Shown: in pieces, positions 21,879 through 34,800 of the stretch
Numbering within the stretch: position 1 is the first letter of the stretch
Layout: each line of letters opens with the position of its first letter
NCBI GenBank assembly: GCA_027923505.1
Contig: BROI01000018.1
Location: 62,001 to 126,000 of the forward strand
Direction of reading: 5' to 3'
Source of the DNA: Mayamaea pseudoterrestris
Taxonomy: Eukaryota
Length of the DNA: 64,000 nucleotides
Program-made: the position numbers and the translations under genes
The notes under the pieces: generated by a model
What the model was told of the DNA's origin: nothing
Database searches by the model: none
The model's input: the letters and a program-made list of their open reading frames with translations, nothing else

Positions 21879-23987
21879 CTATGCCCAGAGTTCTTGGACA
21901 AACCGTCCCTTCTGCGAAAGCTGCGAGAGAAATTGCTTGGCCTCTTCCACTGTCATGCCCCCGTGCGAAACAAAAATCTCCTTGAGCGTCTCGGAAACAT
22001 CGCCACCCATCCTTACGCCGCCGCAGACATAAATAAAAGCACCGTGTGTATCGATAAGTTTCCAAGTGTCATCGGCATTTTGCTTTAGCAAATGCTGTAC
22101 ATATATTTTGCTTCGCTGCTCGCGACTAAATGCGACCACCAATTTGTCCAAGTCGCCAGCTTTTTGATACGCCAGCAACTCATCCTTGTAAATGTAATCT
22201 TCCTTGTTCGTTCGACATCCAAAGTACAAAACATTGCTGCCCACTGTTTGCTTTAAAATTTTGCGTTGATACGATCGTTCCTGCAGCAACGCTCGCATCG
22301 GTGCCACTCCAGTCCCAGGCCCAATCATAATAATGGGAAGTGCCGGATCAGGAGGAAGGCGAAAGGTGGACGGCCGTAAGTGAACCGTAAGGGTTGCGTT
22401 GTTTGGCTTGCAGCGTGCCAAATGTCCAGAGCAAACTCCCTCAAATACACTGCCATCTTTCCGATCCGCCTTGGTCAATGCCACAGTCAAGTGAATTGTT
22501 TTTGGATGCATCGAAGATGATGAACTGATAGTATAGAACCGCGTCTGCATGGACGGCACAATATTGACAAAATGCTCCAATGGAATCTCAATCGACGGCA
22601 ACAGTCTCAATATATCAGCTAATCCAAAGTATTCGTCCGTAATCTTCTCCTTGAATTCCTTCTTGCCTTCCTTTGACGCCAGTCGGAGCAAAAATTGACG
22701 ATCCGTTGCGTCCATCGCATATGAAGCAAGTAGCTTTAATTCGGATCGTCTCGGCGCCGAAGTCAAATCACAGTAGCGCGTCAAACACTCGCGAATCGTC
22801 AGTGGCTGCGGAAACAAGGCGCCATGCCAGTCATGCCCTGGTGCAGGCTTGACCATGAACAACTGGTCCAAATCATATCCAAGACTGCTAGCTACTGACT
22901 CGACAATCTCTTTCTTGTTCATTGGCAATAATCCGAGATTGTCGGCAGTTTGGTAGGCGAGTTTACCATTGGTGCATGAAATGTCAACTTCCACGTGCAG
23001 GGTTGACTCATCGGAAACGGCCGACTGCAACTCGCGCACCACCTTGACTGGTACTTGATGCGACGTAAAGTAGTGGCGATTGGAGCTATGCACCTGATCC
23101 AATGGAATGGCTGCTACTTGTTGGTTAGGATTGGCTATGTACTCGATAGTGTAGGGACAGTCGGGAAATGCCTTGATCAAACCCGCATTGCCATTTATTT
23201 TGCCACGACCATTCAAAACTGCGTGATCCGACACGTAAAGCTTTTTCAAAGTAGGCCAAAGATGATTGTCTTTCCAATTTTCAAAGTCGCCTTCCAAGTC
23301 CGAATCATCGTCTCCGAGACCAATTGGTAAAATGGGCGCTCCTCCAAGACGCTCCAGCACGTGGTTGTAAAACTTGCCCATGGCATTGTAATGATCGTAC
23401 TGCTTGTTACCCAAGCCAAATACGCAATACTGGAGACCCACCAAGCACGACTCCGGTACTTCTAAATTGTTGGTTTTCGTATCATTGAATAAAATGGGCG
23501 TGCATCCCTTTTCTACCAGAGCTTGAACAAACTGAGTTGAATTGTCGGGTGCTTCGCCTTCTCCGTATGTTGACGTGATGAAAATGGCTCTAGCCACTCC
23601 AGTTTCATCATCCTTGCGAGCGTCATCTACCAAGTCTTCCACTTGAATGTCTTCCAAGTCAATGACATGCACTAGAAACCCATGAGTTTGTCCTTCACGC
23701 TCAAGTTGACGAGCAAACTGTTCGGCCGTTCCAGTCTGTGTTCCAAAGTAGATGGATATTTGGCCACCAGGATAATCGTTTCTGTCAATGATCTTGGAAT
23801 TTTTCGAAGAAGCATCTTTGTCATGCATTTCTGATGATCCTTTTAGTAGTTTCTTGCGTCGAGTGTCCATCCAAGCGTACGCCAAGGCGGATGCCATGAG
23901 AATGGTGGCGCACCCCGAGAATAGGACGGGCATTATGGATCCTTTGTCTGAATTCGATACTCCCATGATCCAATCTGTTAAGTTCAT
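21879..23987 (-). CDS. CPR: NADPH-cytochrome P450 reductase
   Basis: N-terminal TM; FMN motifs FGTQTGTAE, TYGEGE, FGLGN; RFYTISSS; MIGPGTGVAP; YFGCR; YVCG; C-terminal ELWA. Confidence 0.92.
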   Translation of the reverse strand: MNLTDWIMGVSNSDKGSIMPVLFSGCATILMASALAYAWMDTRRKKLLKGSSEMHDKDASSKNSKIIDRNDYPGGQISIYFGTQTGTAEQFARQLEREGQTHGFLVHVIDLEDIQVEDLVDDARKDDETGVARAIFITSTYGEGEAPDNSTQFVQALVEKGCTPILFNDTKTNNLEVPESCLVGLQYCVFGLGNKQYDHYNAMGKFYNHVLERLGGAPILPIGLGDDDSDLEGDFENWKDNHLWPTLKKLYVSDHAVLNGRGKINGNAGLIKAFPDCPYTIEYIANPNQQVAAIPLDQVHSSNRHYFTSHQVPVKVVRELQSAVSDESTLHVEVDISCTNGKLAYQTADNLGLLPMNKKEIVESVASSLGYDLDQLFMVKPAPGHDWHGALFPQPLTIRECLTRYCDLTSAPRRSELKLLASYAMDATDRQFLLRLASKEGKKEFKEKITDEYFGLADILRLLPSIEIPLEHFVNIVPSMQTRFYTISSSSSMHPKTIHLTVALTKADRKDGSVFEGVCSGHLARCKPNNATLTVHLRPSTFRLPPDPALPIIMIGPGTGVAPMRALLQERSYQRKILKQTVGSNVLYFGCRTNKEDYIYKDELLAYQKAGDLDKLVVAFSREQRSKIYVQHLLKQNADDTWKLIDTHGAFIYVCGGVRMGGDVSETLKEIFVSHGGMTVEEAKQFLSQLSQKGRFVQELWA

Positions 23988-24212
23988 TGCGTAATCTCAC
24001 TGATGCTGTTGGCTTGTGGCGTCTTCGATTGATGTGCAAGTATCCGGAGGGGCTTCGTTTGCGCCATGGACGATGGGGCCGCTCTGCGTCATCGTTTTGT
24101 TGGTCGTGGAAGTCGCAGGAACGAGTTTACTACCGGTAAGACTATTTGAATTACTGTGCGACATGACATCTCGCTAACTTCTGTCTCACAAACTCATCGG
24201 CAACCATTGACC

Positions 24213-25118
24213 ATGGCATCCTTTGCGAAATGGTACTTTCACAAACTCAAGCATGCACCGTTGACGACCAATATGACTTCAGCCATGATGGTGATGATTA
24301 TAGGAGATGCTTTGGCGCAGGGGATGGAAAAGAAGTTCATGGAAGACATTCAGAAAGTCGACGAACAGCCGAGCAGAGTGAGCATGCCTTACAAATCGGC
24401 AATGATTGATATCAAACGAGAAACATCGACACTTGCCGGACCAGAAGCCAAGGTAGCTTTCCGAAGATATGGAACACTGAGTCCTGATGTGCAGGAAGTG
24501 CATCGAGATTTGGTGAGGAGAAAGGATGCAGAGAGCGCCGAGGCAACGGATAATTTTACGCATTGGAAAGAGACACTAGAATCATCGATCACTACTCTCC
24601 GATTGAAATTTAATGCAATAGACTACTTTCGCATGGGAACCATGACATTTTGGGCAGCTGCAGTTGTCACTCCATACTTTATCTCTGTCTACAATCTCAT
24701 GGATCAACATTTTCCGCATGGGCGAACAACAACTGCTGTAGGATTACGGGTCATGGGGTCATTTGTTGCAAGTGTGCCGCTCAATGCTGCCTTCTTTTGT
24801 TACGGAACGTTTATTTATCATCTTGGCGACTGGTGGTCGCTGGTGTTCGGGTCAATAAACGAACGCCCATCAGCGTCCACTTTAAACGGAATGAAGGAGT
24901 ATCCCTTCAACATGCAGCTACTTGCATCATCTGTTCTTACCAAGTTGAACTCAGAGCTACTCACGACGCTGCAAGCTTCTGCTAGCGTATGGATGCCAAT
25001 AAACACCTTCAGCTTTTACTTTGCCGCACCACACATTCGACCACTCGTGCTGATGGTCTTTTCAGCCTTTTGGAACTGCTATCTCAGCCTGGCGCAACAT
25101 CGCGATGCAGAACTATGA
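24213..25118 (+). CDS. Mpv17/PMP22 family membrane protein
   Basis: WY..L...PL.T...GD.LAQ, D..R, VWMPINTFSF, FWNCYLS. Confidence 0.85.
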   Translation: MASFAKWYFHKLKHAPLTTNMTSAMMVMIIGDALAQGMEKKFMEDIQKVDEQPSRVSMPYKSAMIDIKRETSTLAGPEAKVAFRRYGTLSPDVQEVHRDLVRRKDAESAEATDNFTHWKETLESSITTLRLKFNAIDYFRMGTMTFWAAAVVTPYFISVYNLMDQHFPHGRTTTAVGLRVMGSFVASVPLNAAFFCYGTFIYHLGDWWSLVFGSINERPSASTLNGMKEYPFNMQLLASSVLTKLNSELLTTLQASASVWMPINTFSFYFAAPHIRPLVLMVFSAFWNCYLSLAQHRDAEL

Positions 25119-25178
25119 TATGTATAAAGTTTATAATTAAAGTGTTCTAAAAAGGTCGTATTCTGCAATGACTGCTGT

Positions 25179-26323
25179 CTAAAATGGCTCGTTATCCGGA
25201 AGACCCAGTATTTGGCCAAAATCGCGCATTTCTTGTTCCGACAAGAACTTCTCGCCTCCTTCCATTCGCTCCATGACAGCCACGTCCTCCATCATGTGCT
25301 CCAGACTTGTCGTTCCGTCAAGTGGCGTGACATAGCCAAGCTGCATTAAAAAAGCATATAGCAATGTTTGTGGCGACAACATTTTGGCAGCTGCCATTTC
25401 CTTGGCTTGACGTGTCGCTAGCGCGTGTCGATTCGCCGAAAGTGTCCAAAAGGACTGGTACTTGATACCCTTTGCTTTGAGAAAGACGCGCAAGTCAACG
25501 TCAAAGTTTGAGTCGGCGTAGAAACGGTTCTGTAGCACCCATGGCTTGATGCGTGCCATTTCGTAGAGCGTTTTGAAAAGGTTGGCATCGTAGCAGTTGC
25601 TGATACCAATGTTTCGAACGGTACCTTGGTCGACAAAGGATTCCATTGTCCGCCAAACAAGCATAGTATCCTCGAGCGTTTGCATGGGCGAGTGGAGAAC
25701 GAGTGAATCAAGGTAGTCTGTTTGCAGATTGCGCAATGAGACTTGAAGCGATGTTTTGACTTGGTCCTCCAGCGTTGCATGTTGATTGTATGGTATATTG
25801 TTTGGATCTTGACCATCGACCGAAGTGAACTTTGTTTGCAGAAACAAGTCGGAACGATCCAAGTTCAATTCGTTCGCCGCACTCTTCCACCCTTGACCGA
25901 CACCAGGTTCATGATAATGCTTGGGTTGACAGGCCGTGTCGATGAAGCGAAACCCCGTCTTGACGGCTTGATATACAAGCTCGGCAGTGCGTTCCTTCTT
26001 CCAAGCGGTTCCATAGACGAGGTATGGACGATTGGTGTTGATAATCTTGTTGGCCGAATGTGCAGACGCCATGCCTCTACGTGTTCCTCCCGTTCCGCTG
26101 CTGGAATGAATCTACAATGAGGATGTCAGAGAACCAATTATAGACCAGATGAATAGATATTCATGCTTTTTACAAGACGTACGGATGAATTACTGCTCTG
26201 AAAGGTCAAGTATACAATTAGCAATCCAAGCGTCATCAAAATGAGACTGCCGCTTCTCTTCAAGTTTGAGCTCAAGCTAGTTGAAAATAAAGCACTACGA
26301 GCAGATCGATGGATCCGGACCAT
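25179..26323 (-). CDS. Aldo-keto reductase; predicted extra 5' exon (intron 26112-26182) adding an N-terminal TM
   Basis: YGTAWKK, GFRFIDTA, LFLQTKF, YLDSLVLHSP, IGISN, LQNRF. The core 25179-26072 is firm; the 5' exon is inferred from a phase-0 GTACGT...ctgac...TTGTAG intron. Confidence 0.85.
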
Positions 26324-26684
26324 AACTTGGAAGTTGCTGATCTCAATGATCTTGTTGATACGGCATGTACAAGGATTTCGAAGTCCTTCGCACGACCATC
26401 TTGGATCTTGGTGAGGAGCGACTTTCTCCGAGAAGCAAATGTCGTAGTGGTACTGTCTACGACACGTGAGAAGCAACACGAGAAGCAAACCTTGCTTGCT
26501 TGGCACCTCATCGCCTGTCGCAAACCATTCAACAACTATGCGATAATCTCCTCGTCGCACCCGACTGCGAAGACGTTTGAAACTAAGCTTGTAGTTTATT
26601 TTACGCAAATCAACGTCAGAATTTAGATGCTTTGAACGCTGCGCTACGAACTACTCTCGCCGCTCGTCGCTCGTTGCATCAGCC

Positions 26685-28721
26685 ATGCCATCAGACGAGC
26701 AGTTGTTTCGAGAAGAGTTCGCTTCAAGTCTCCAGGAATCAGTTGCTTCGATACTTTCCGCGCGCAAGGAAGACTGTTTGAGTCTACCGTTACAAGTCGT
26801 CAGAGATGTACTGGAGAAATTTGAGCAAGTTCAGGTTCTGCAGTTTCATCAGCAGCAGCAGACACCGCACGAACATCTGTACTTGCTCTTGCAGTTGTTT
26901 TTCGACACAAGTCTGGACGAGTCGGCCAGCGCTTTGAAACGACGTTCAAGCTATACTGATCTTCAACGTCTTTTGCAAATGATCGATGGGGCTTTAGCTT
27001 TGGTAAATGAATCGGCAGGACTTGACAATCATCATATTCTGGAATTCAATCATGAGTCTGCCATACAGCAGGGTGCTACAGCTAATCGCAAATCTTCGAA
27101 TAATACATTGCGAAACGAAGCTACATTGAATGTTAGCCAGCACAGCAATGATGCAAATTCACTTGCGACGGCGACGCATATGCGATCAGCAGACCACCTT
27201 GATCAAAGTTCAAACCGACAAGTTGAACAAAGTGCTCCGACAAGGGCAGCAGTCCGACTATCGACAGTGCACCACAACGTCGAGTCGGCTATTGTAGATG
27301 CCGGCCTCGAGAATATTCAGCAATCTACCGTTCAGGGTATGTCCAGTATTGCGGTGCAAACGCAAACTGACAGCGAACAGCAACTCAATTTGACTGTGAA
27401 AGAGTCAAACGCGAGCATGGACGATGCATATGCCATGTTGGGCGCCAGTATCAGCTCAGTGCATGCCAGTTTACTGGACGTTTGTGGCGTTGATCCGACA
27501 GAAATTGCTGCAGTTCATCCGCCGCCGACAATGCAAACAGACCATCATGGGGAAACTTCAACCGCAAGGTTAAGAGTCTGTTCACATCATCAGACCCTCC
27601 TTGATTGCAGCGACGTTGCCATGGTGGCGAATGACGCGGGTGGAGTGAACAGCCCACAGAAAAGCGCATCGCGAACCAACTTGAATGTTCGATTGACGAA
27701 ACAATGTCAACCAAAATTTTCCTTTGGGTCCCAACATGTCGACCTGTTAGATCTGACGGAAGTCGCGCAGACGGAGAAAGGTAATGGAACTTCTTTGAAG
27801 AAAAACTTGACCGCTCCAACTGAAACTACATTATCTGCTGAGCCCACCAACGGTACAAACAGAGGCATGCGATTAAATGATCGTGGCCGTTTACAAATTG
27901 CCAAGGTTAGATCGCCAGACGCCATGGATACATCCGACGATGAAGGAGATGAGCCAGCGCCATTTGCTGTTCCACGAGCACTCGCGGTACAACAGCAGCA
28001 ACCCAGCAGATCAGCAATGGTGAATGGCGAGTATAGCGTGGACTTAAATTGCGCACGCACGACATCGAATCCATCTGCAAGTTTGGCAATGTCGCAGTCA
28101 AGTGGTTATTCTACAAATGGCGAACAAAAGAGGCCACGCTCACCCGATGTGCCAATTGTTAATCCTGTCCAGCGAGCACTGACTGCACCAAGTAAGCAGG
28201 AGCCACCACATCACCATTACACATCAAAGCCTAGTAGCAGGCGATGGGACGACGAAGCCGCTTCGGCCGAGTCACGCTCCGGTGACGGCGCATTGTTACC
28301 GGGACCAGGATGCTTGGATCATCGTGACCATGTTAAAATTGGTACAAATGTTATAAACGAACGGTGCTTTTCGTCTCTAAGCGCCGACACTGCGAATGCA
28401 TTCAAGGGAGGCTTGTTGGGACCGCAAAAGACGCATCAGTGCCCCGATGGTGAACAATCGTCGGCCACTAGCCATAGTTCTTCACATACCAACGCCCTTA
28501 ATTCGCCGACGAACAGTATAAGTTCAACTCCAGGACATTCACCCCGTAAGCGTTCTCGAGGCCAAAACAGAAACAATGGGCAAGTTCTATCGCCTCATGT
28601 CCAAGTACCAGTGACCGAGCGCGTTCCAGCAGATATATGGGCTACTTGGTCATATAAGCAAAAACAAGCGTTCATATCAGAGAAGCGTCGAAAACTCGCT
28701 GAACAAGGTAATCGAACCTAA
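26685..28721 (+). CDS. Hypothetical protein; N-terminal helical domain homologous to the SP-RING gene at 35554
   Basis: 678-aa ORF. Residues ~15-105 align by eye with the N-terminus of the 35554 protein; the rest is low-complexity. Confidence 0.7.
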   Translation: MPSDEQLFREEFASSLQESVASILSARKEDCLSLPLQVVRDVLEKFEQVQVLQFHQQQQTPHEHLYLLLQLFFDTSLDESASALKRRSSYTDLQRLLQMIDGALALVNESAGLDNHHILEFNHESAIQQGATANRKSSNNTLRNEATLNVSQHSNDANSLATATHMRSADHLDQSSNRQVEQSAPTRAAVRLSTVHHNVESAIVDAGLENIQQSTVQGMSSIAVQTQTDSEQQLNLTVKESNASMDDAYAMLGASISSVHASLLDVCGVDPTEIAAVHPPPTMQTDHHGETSTARLRVCSHHQTLLDCSDVAMVANDAGGVNSPQKSASRTNLNVRLTKQCQPKFSFGSQHVDLLDLTEVAQTEKGNGTSLKKNLTAPTETTLSAEPTNGTNRGMRLNDRGRLQIAKVRSPDAMDTSDDEGDEPAPFAVPRALAVQQQQPSRSAMVNGEYSVDLNCARTTSNPSASLAMSQSSGYSTNGEQKRPRSPDVPIVNPVQRALTAPSKQEPPHHHYTSKPSSRRWDDEAASAESRSGDGALLPGPGCLDHRDHVKIGTNVINERCFSSLSADTANAFKGGLLGPQKTHQCPDGEQSSATSHSSSHTNALNSPTNSISSTPGHSPRKRSRGQNRNNGQVLSPHVQVPVTERVPADIWATWSYKQKQAFISEKRRKLAEQGNRT

Positions 28722-28856
28722 AGGTACTAGTTTGAATGAGAGCTTTGCTCGGAGGCGTGCTTTAGCATACTAGTAGCGAAATAGAATACACTTTTAGACA
28801 TTCTTGCTAGCGATGCTTTCTTGTGCATTTGTACGCACCATGATGCTTTACAAGTT

Positions 28857-31800
28857 CTGAGACTCCGCACATTCAACCCTGCAGGGATCATCAGCATTGC
28901 CCGCTGAGCCCTCCAATTTCTTTCAAATCATGTTTGTTGTCAATGATGGGCCATAAGTTGGTCAGTGGCACCTCAGCATCCATCACCATGTATGCCACGG
29001 TGAGGCAGAGCAGATCCAACAACTTGTTGGATCTGCTAGCGGTGCACCTCAAGTGGCAAGTGAGACTTTCAAAATGGCCTGCAGATCCCATAATACAACC
29101 AATATGGACTTGAACATTGATTGGGACTCAAAGACTCGTCCATTAGGGTGTGAAGCCATCACCATGCCATGAGACTGCACACATTCAACCAATGGTTGAA
29201 TGTGCCAGCCGTGCTCCCATTTGGCTGCAGGATTCATCAGCATTGCCCGCTGAGCCCTCCAACTTCTTTCAAATCCTGTTTGTTGTCAATGATGGGCCAT
29301 AAGATGGTCAGTTGCACCTAAGCATCCATCGCCATGTATGACACAGTGAGACTGAGCAGATCCAACAAGTTGTTGGATCTGCTAGCAGTGCACCTCAAGT
29401 GCCAAGTGAGACATCCAAAATGGCCTGCAGATCCCATAATACAACCAATATGGTTTTGAACATTGATTGGGACTCATAGACTTGTCCATTTGGGTGTGAA
29501 AGCCATCACCATGCCCTGAGACTCCGCACATTCAATTCAATGAATGGTTGAATGTGCCACCTCTGCTCCCTTTTTGGCTGCATGGATCATCAGCATTGCC
29601 CACTGAGCCCTCCAATTTCTTGCAAATCATGTTGGTTGTCAATGATGGGTCATAAGTTGGTCAGTGGCACCTCAGCATCCATCACCATGTACGCCACGGT
29701 GAGACAGAGAAGATCCAACAATTTGTTGGTTCTGCTAGCGGTGCACCTCAAGTGGCAAGTGAGACTTCCAAAATGGCCTGCAGACCTCATAATACAACCA
29801 ATATGGACTTGAACATTGATTGGGACTCAAAGACTCGTCCCTTTGGGTGTGAAGCCATCACTATGTCCTGAGACTCCGCACATTCAATGAATGGTTGAAT
29901 GTGCCACCTCTGCTCCCTTTTTGGCTGCATGGATCATCAGCATTGCCCACTGAGCCCTCCAATTTCTTGCAAATCATGTTGGTTGTCAATGATGGGTCAT
30001 AAGTTGGTCAGTTGCACCTCAGCATTCATCACCATGTAAGCCACGGTGAGACAGAGCAGATCCAACAACTTTGTGGATCTGGTAGCGGTGCACCTCAAGT
30101 GGCAAGTGAGACTTGCAAAATGGCCTGCAGACCCCATAATACAACCAATATGGACTTGAACATTGAATGGGACTCAAAGTCTTATCCATTTGGGTGTGAA
30201 GCCATCACCTTGCCCTGAGACTGTGCACATTCAACCAATGGTTGAATGTGCCAGCCCTGCTCCCATTTTGGCTGCAGGAATCACCAGCATTGCCTGCTGA
30301 GCCCCCAATTTCTTTCAAATCATGTTTGTTGTCAATGATGGGCCATAAGTTGGTCAGTGGCACCTCAGCATCCATCACCATGTATGCCATGGTGAGGCAG
30401 AGCAGATCCAACAACTTGTTGGATCTGCTAGCGGTGCACCTCAAGTGGCAAGTGAGACTTTCAAAATGGCCTGCAGATCCCATAATACAACCAATATGGA
30501 CTTGAACATTGATTGGGACTCAAAGACTCGTCCATTAGGGTGTGAAGCCATCACCATGCCATGAGACTGCACACATTCAACCAATGGTTGAATGTGCCAG
30601 CCGTGCTCCCATTTGGCTGCAGGATTCATCAGCATTGCCCGCTGAGCCCTCCAACTTCTTTCAAATCCTGTTTGTTGTCAATGATGGGCCATAAGATGGT
30701 CAGTTGCACCTAAGCATCCATCGCCATGTATGACACAGTGAGACTGAGCAAATCCAACAACTTGTTGGATCTGCTAGCAGTGCACCTCAAGTGGCAAGTG
30801 AGACTTTCGAAATGGCCTGCAGATCCCATAATACAACCAATATGGTTTTGAACAATGATTGGGACTCATAGACTTGTCCATTTGGGTGTGAAAGCCATCA
30901 CCATGCCCTGAGACTCCGCACATTCAATGAATGGTTGAATGTGCCAGCCCTGTTCCCTTTTTGGCTGCATGGATCATCAGCATTGCCCGCTGATCCCTCC
31001 AATTCCTTGCAAATCATGTTTGTTGTCAATGATGGGCCATAAGTTGGTCAGTGGCACCTCAGCATCCATCACCATGTACGCCACGGTGAGACAGAGCAGA
31101 TCCAACAACTTGTTGGATCTGCTAGCGGTGCACTTCAAGTGGCAAGTGAGACTTCCAAAATGGCCTGCAGATCCCATAATACAAACAATATGGTTTTGAA
31201 CATTGATTGGGACTCATAGACTTGTCCATTTGGGTGTGAAAGCCATCACCGTTCCCTGAGACTCCGCACATTCAATGAATGGTTGAATGTGCCACCTCTG
31301 CTCCCTTTTTGGCTGCATGGATCATCAGCATTGCCCGCTGAGCCCTCCAATTTCTTTCAAATCATGTTTGTTGTCAATGATGGGCCATAAGTTGGTCAGT
31401 GACACGTCAGCGTCCATCACCATGTATGCCACGGTGAGGCAGAGCAGATCCAGCAACTTGTTGGATCTGCTAGCGGTGCACCTCAAGTGGCAAGTGAGAC
31501 TTTCAAAATGGCCTGCATACCCCAAAATACAACCAATATGGACTTGAACATTGATTGGGACTCAAAGACTCGTCCATTAGGGTGTGAAGCCATCACCATG
31601 CCATGAGACTGCGCACATTCAACCAATGGTTGAATGTGCCAGCCCTGCTCCCATTTTGGCTGCAGGAATCACCAGCATTGCCTGCTGAGCCCCCAATTTC
31701 TTTCAAATCATGTTTGCTGTCAAAGATGGGTCATAAGTTGGTCAGTTGCACCTTAGCATCATTACCATGTATGCCGCAGTGAGACAGAGCAGATCCAACA

Positions 31801-34800
31801 AGCTTGTTGGATCTGCTAGCGGTGCACCTCAAGTGGCAAGTGAGACTTCCAAAATGGTCTGCAGAACCCCATAATACAACCTATATGGACTTGAACATTG
31901 ATTGGGACTCAAAGACTTGTCCATTTGGGCGTGGAAGCCATCACTATGTCCTGAGACTGCGCACATTCAACCAATGGCTGAATGTGCCAGCCGTGCTCCC
32001 GTTTTGGCTGCTTGGATCACCAGCATTTCCCGCTGGGCCCTCCAATTTCTTTCAATCATGTTTGTTGTCAATGTTGGGCCATAAGTTGGTCAGTTGCACC
32101 TCAGCATCATAACCATGTATGCCACAGTGAGACAGAGCAGATCCAACAACTTGTTGGATCTGCTAGCGGTGCACCTCAAGTGGCAAGTGAGACTTTCGAA
32201 ATGGCCTGCAGATCCCATAATACAACCAATATGGTTTTGAACAATGATTGGGACTCATAGACTTGTCCATTTGGGTGTGAAAGCCATCACCATGCCCTGA
32301 GACTCCGCACATTCAATGAATGGTTGAATGTGCCAGCCCTGTTCCCTTTTTGGCTGCATGGATCATCAGCATTGCCCGCTGATCCCTCCAATTCCTTGCA
32401 AATCATGTTTGTTGTCAATGATGGGCCATAAGTTGGTCAGTGGCACCTCAGCATCCATCACCATGTACGCCACGGTGAGACAGAGCAGATCCAACAACTT
32501 GTTGGATCTGCTAGCGGTGCACTTCAAGTGGCAAGTGAGACTTCCAAAATGGCCTGCAGATCCCATAATACAAACAATATGGTTTTGAACATTGATTGGG
32601 ACTCATAGACTTGTCCATTTGGGTGTGAAAGCCATCACCGTTCCCTGAGACTCCGCACATTCAATGAATGGTTGAATGTGCCACCTCTGCTCCCTTTTTG
32701 GCTGCATGGATCATCAGCATTGCCCGCTGAGCCCTCCAATTTCTTTCAAATCATGTTTGTTGTCAATGATGGGCCATAAGTTGGTCAGTGACACGTCAGC
32801 GTCCATCACCATGTATGCCACGGTGAGGCAGAGCAGATCCAGCAACTTGTTGGATCTGCTAGCGGTGCACCTCAAGTGGCAAGTGAGACTTTCAAAATGG
32901 CCTGCATACCCCAAAATACAACCAATATGGACTTGAACATTGATTGGGACTCAAAGACTCGTCCATTAGGGTGTGAAGCCATCACCATGCCATGAGACTG
33001 CGCACATTCAACCAATGGTTGAATGTGTCAGCCCTGCTCCCATTTTGGCTGCAGGAATCATCAGCATTGCCCACTGGGCCCTCCAATTTCTTTCATATCA
33101 TGTTTGTTGTCAATGATGGGTCATAAGTTGGTCAGTTGCACCTCAGCATCATTACCATGTATGCCGCAGTGAGACAGAGCAGATCCAACAACTTGTTGGA
33201 TCTGCTAGCGGTGCACCTCAAGTGGCAAGTCATGAGACTTTTGAAATGGCCTGCAGATCCCATAATACAAACAGTATGGTTTTGAACATTGATTGAGACT
33301 CATAGACTTGTCCATTTGGGTGTGAAAGCCATCACCATGCCCTGAGACTCCGCTCATTCAATGAATGGTTGAATGTGCCACCTCTGCTCCCTTTTTGGCT
33401 GCATGGATCATCAGCATTGCCCACTGAGCCCTCCAATTTCTTGCAATTCATGTTTGTTGTCAATGATGGGCCATAAGTTGGTCAGTTGCACCTTAGAATC
33501 CATCACCATGTATGCCAGGGTGAGACAGAGCAGATCCAACAATTTGTTGGTTCTGCTAGCGGTGCACCTCAAGTGGCAAGTGAGACTTCCAAAATGGCCT
33601 GCAGACCTCATAATACAACCAATATGGACTTGAACATTGATTGGGACTCAAAGACTCGTCCATTTGGGTGTGAAGCCATCACTATGTCCTGAGACTGCGC
33701 ACATTCAACCAATGGTTGAATGTGCCAGCCCTGCTCCCATTTAGGCTGCAGGATTCATCAGCATTGCCCGCTGAGCCCTCCAATTTCCTTCAAATCATGT
33801 TTGTTGTCAAAGATGGGTCATAAGTTGGTCAGTTGCACCTCAGCATCATTACCATGTATGCCACAGTGAGACAGAGCAGATCCAACAACTTGTTGGATCT
33901 GCTAGGGGTGCACCTCAAGTGGCAAGTGAGACTACCAAAATGGTCTGCAGAACCCCATAATACAACCAATATGGACTTGAACATTGATTGGGACTCTTAG
34001 ACTTGTCCATTTGGGTGTGAAAGCCATCACCATGCCCTGAGACTGCGCACATTCAATGAATGGTTGAATGTGCCAGCCCTGCTCCCTTTTTGGCTGCATG
34101 GATCATCAGCATTGCCCACTGAGCCCTCCAATTTCTTGCAAATCATGTTTGTTGTCAATGATGGGCCATAAGTTGGTCAGTTGCACCTTAGAATCCATCA
34201 CCATGTATGCCAGGGTGAGACAGAGCAGATCCAACAATTTGTTGGTTCTGCTAGCGGTGCACCTCAAGTGGCAAGTGAGACTTCCAAAATGGCCTGCAGA
34301 CCTCATAATACAACCAATATGGACTTGAACATTGATTGGGACTCAAAGACTCGTCCATTTGGGTGTGAAGCCATCACTATGCCCTGAGACTGCGCACATT
34401 CAACCAATGGTTGAATGTGCCAGCCCTGCTCCCATTTTGGCTGCAGGATTCATCAGCATTGCCCGCTGAGCCCTCCAATTTCCTTCATATCATGTTTGTT
34501 GTCAAAGATGGGTCACAAGTTGGTCAGTTGCACCTCAGCATCATTACCATGTATGCCACAGTGAGACAGAGCAGATCCAACAACTTGTTGGATCTGCTAG
34601 GGGTGCACCTCAAGTGGCAAGTGAGACTTCCAAAATGGTCTGCAGAACCCCATAATACAACCAATATGGACTTGAACATTGATTGGGACTCATAGACTTG
34701 TCCATTTGGGTGTGAAAGCCATCACCATGCCCTGAGACTGCGCACATTCAACCAATGGTTGAATGTGCCAGCCCTGCTCCCATTTTGGCTGCAGGATTCA

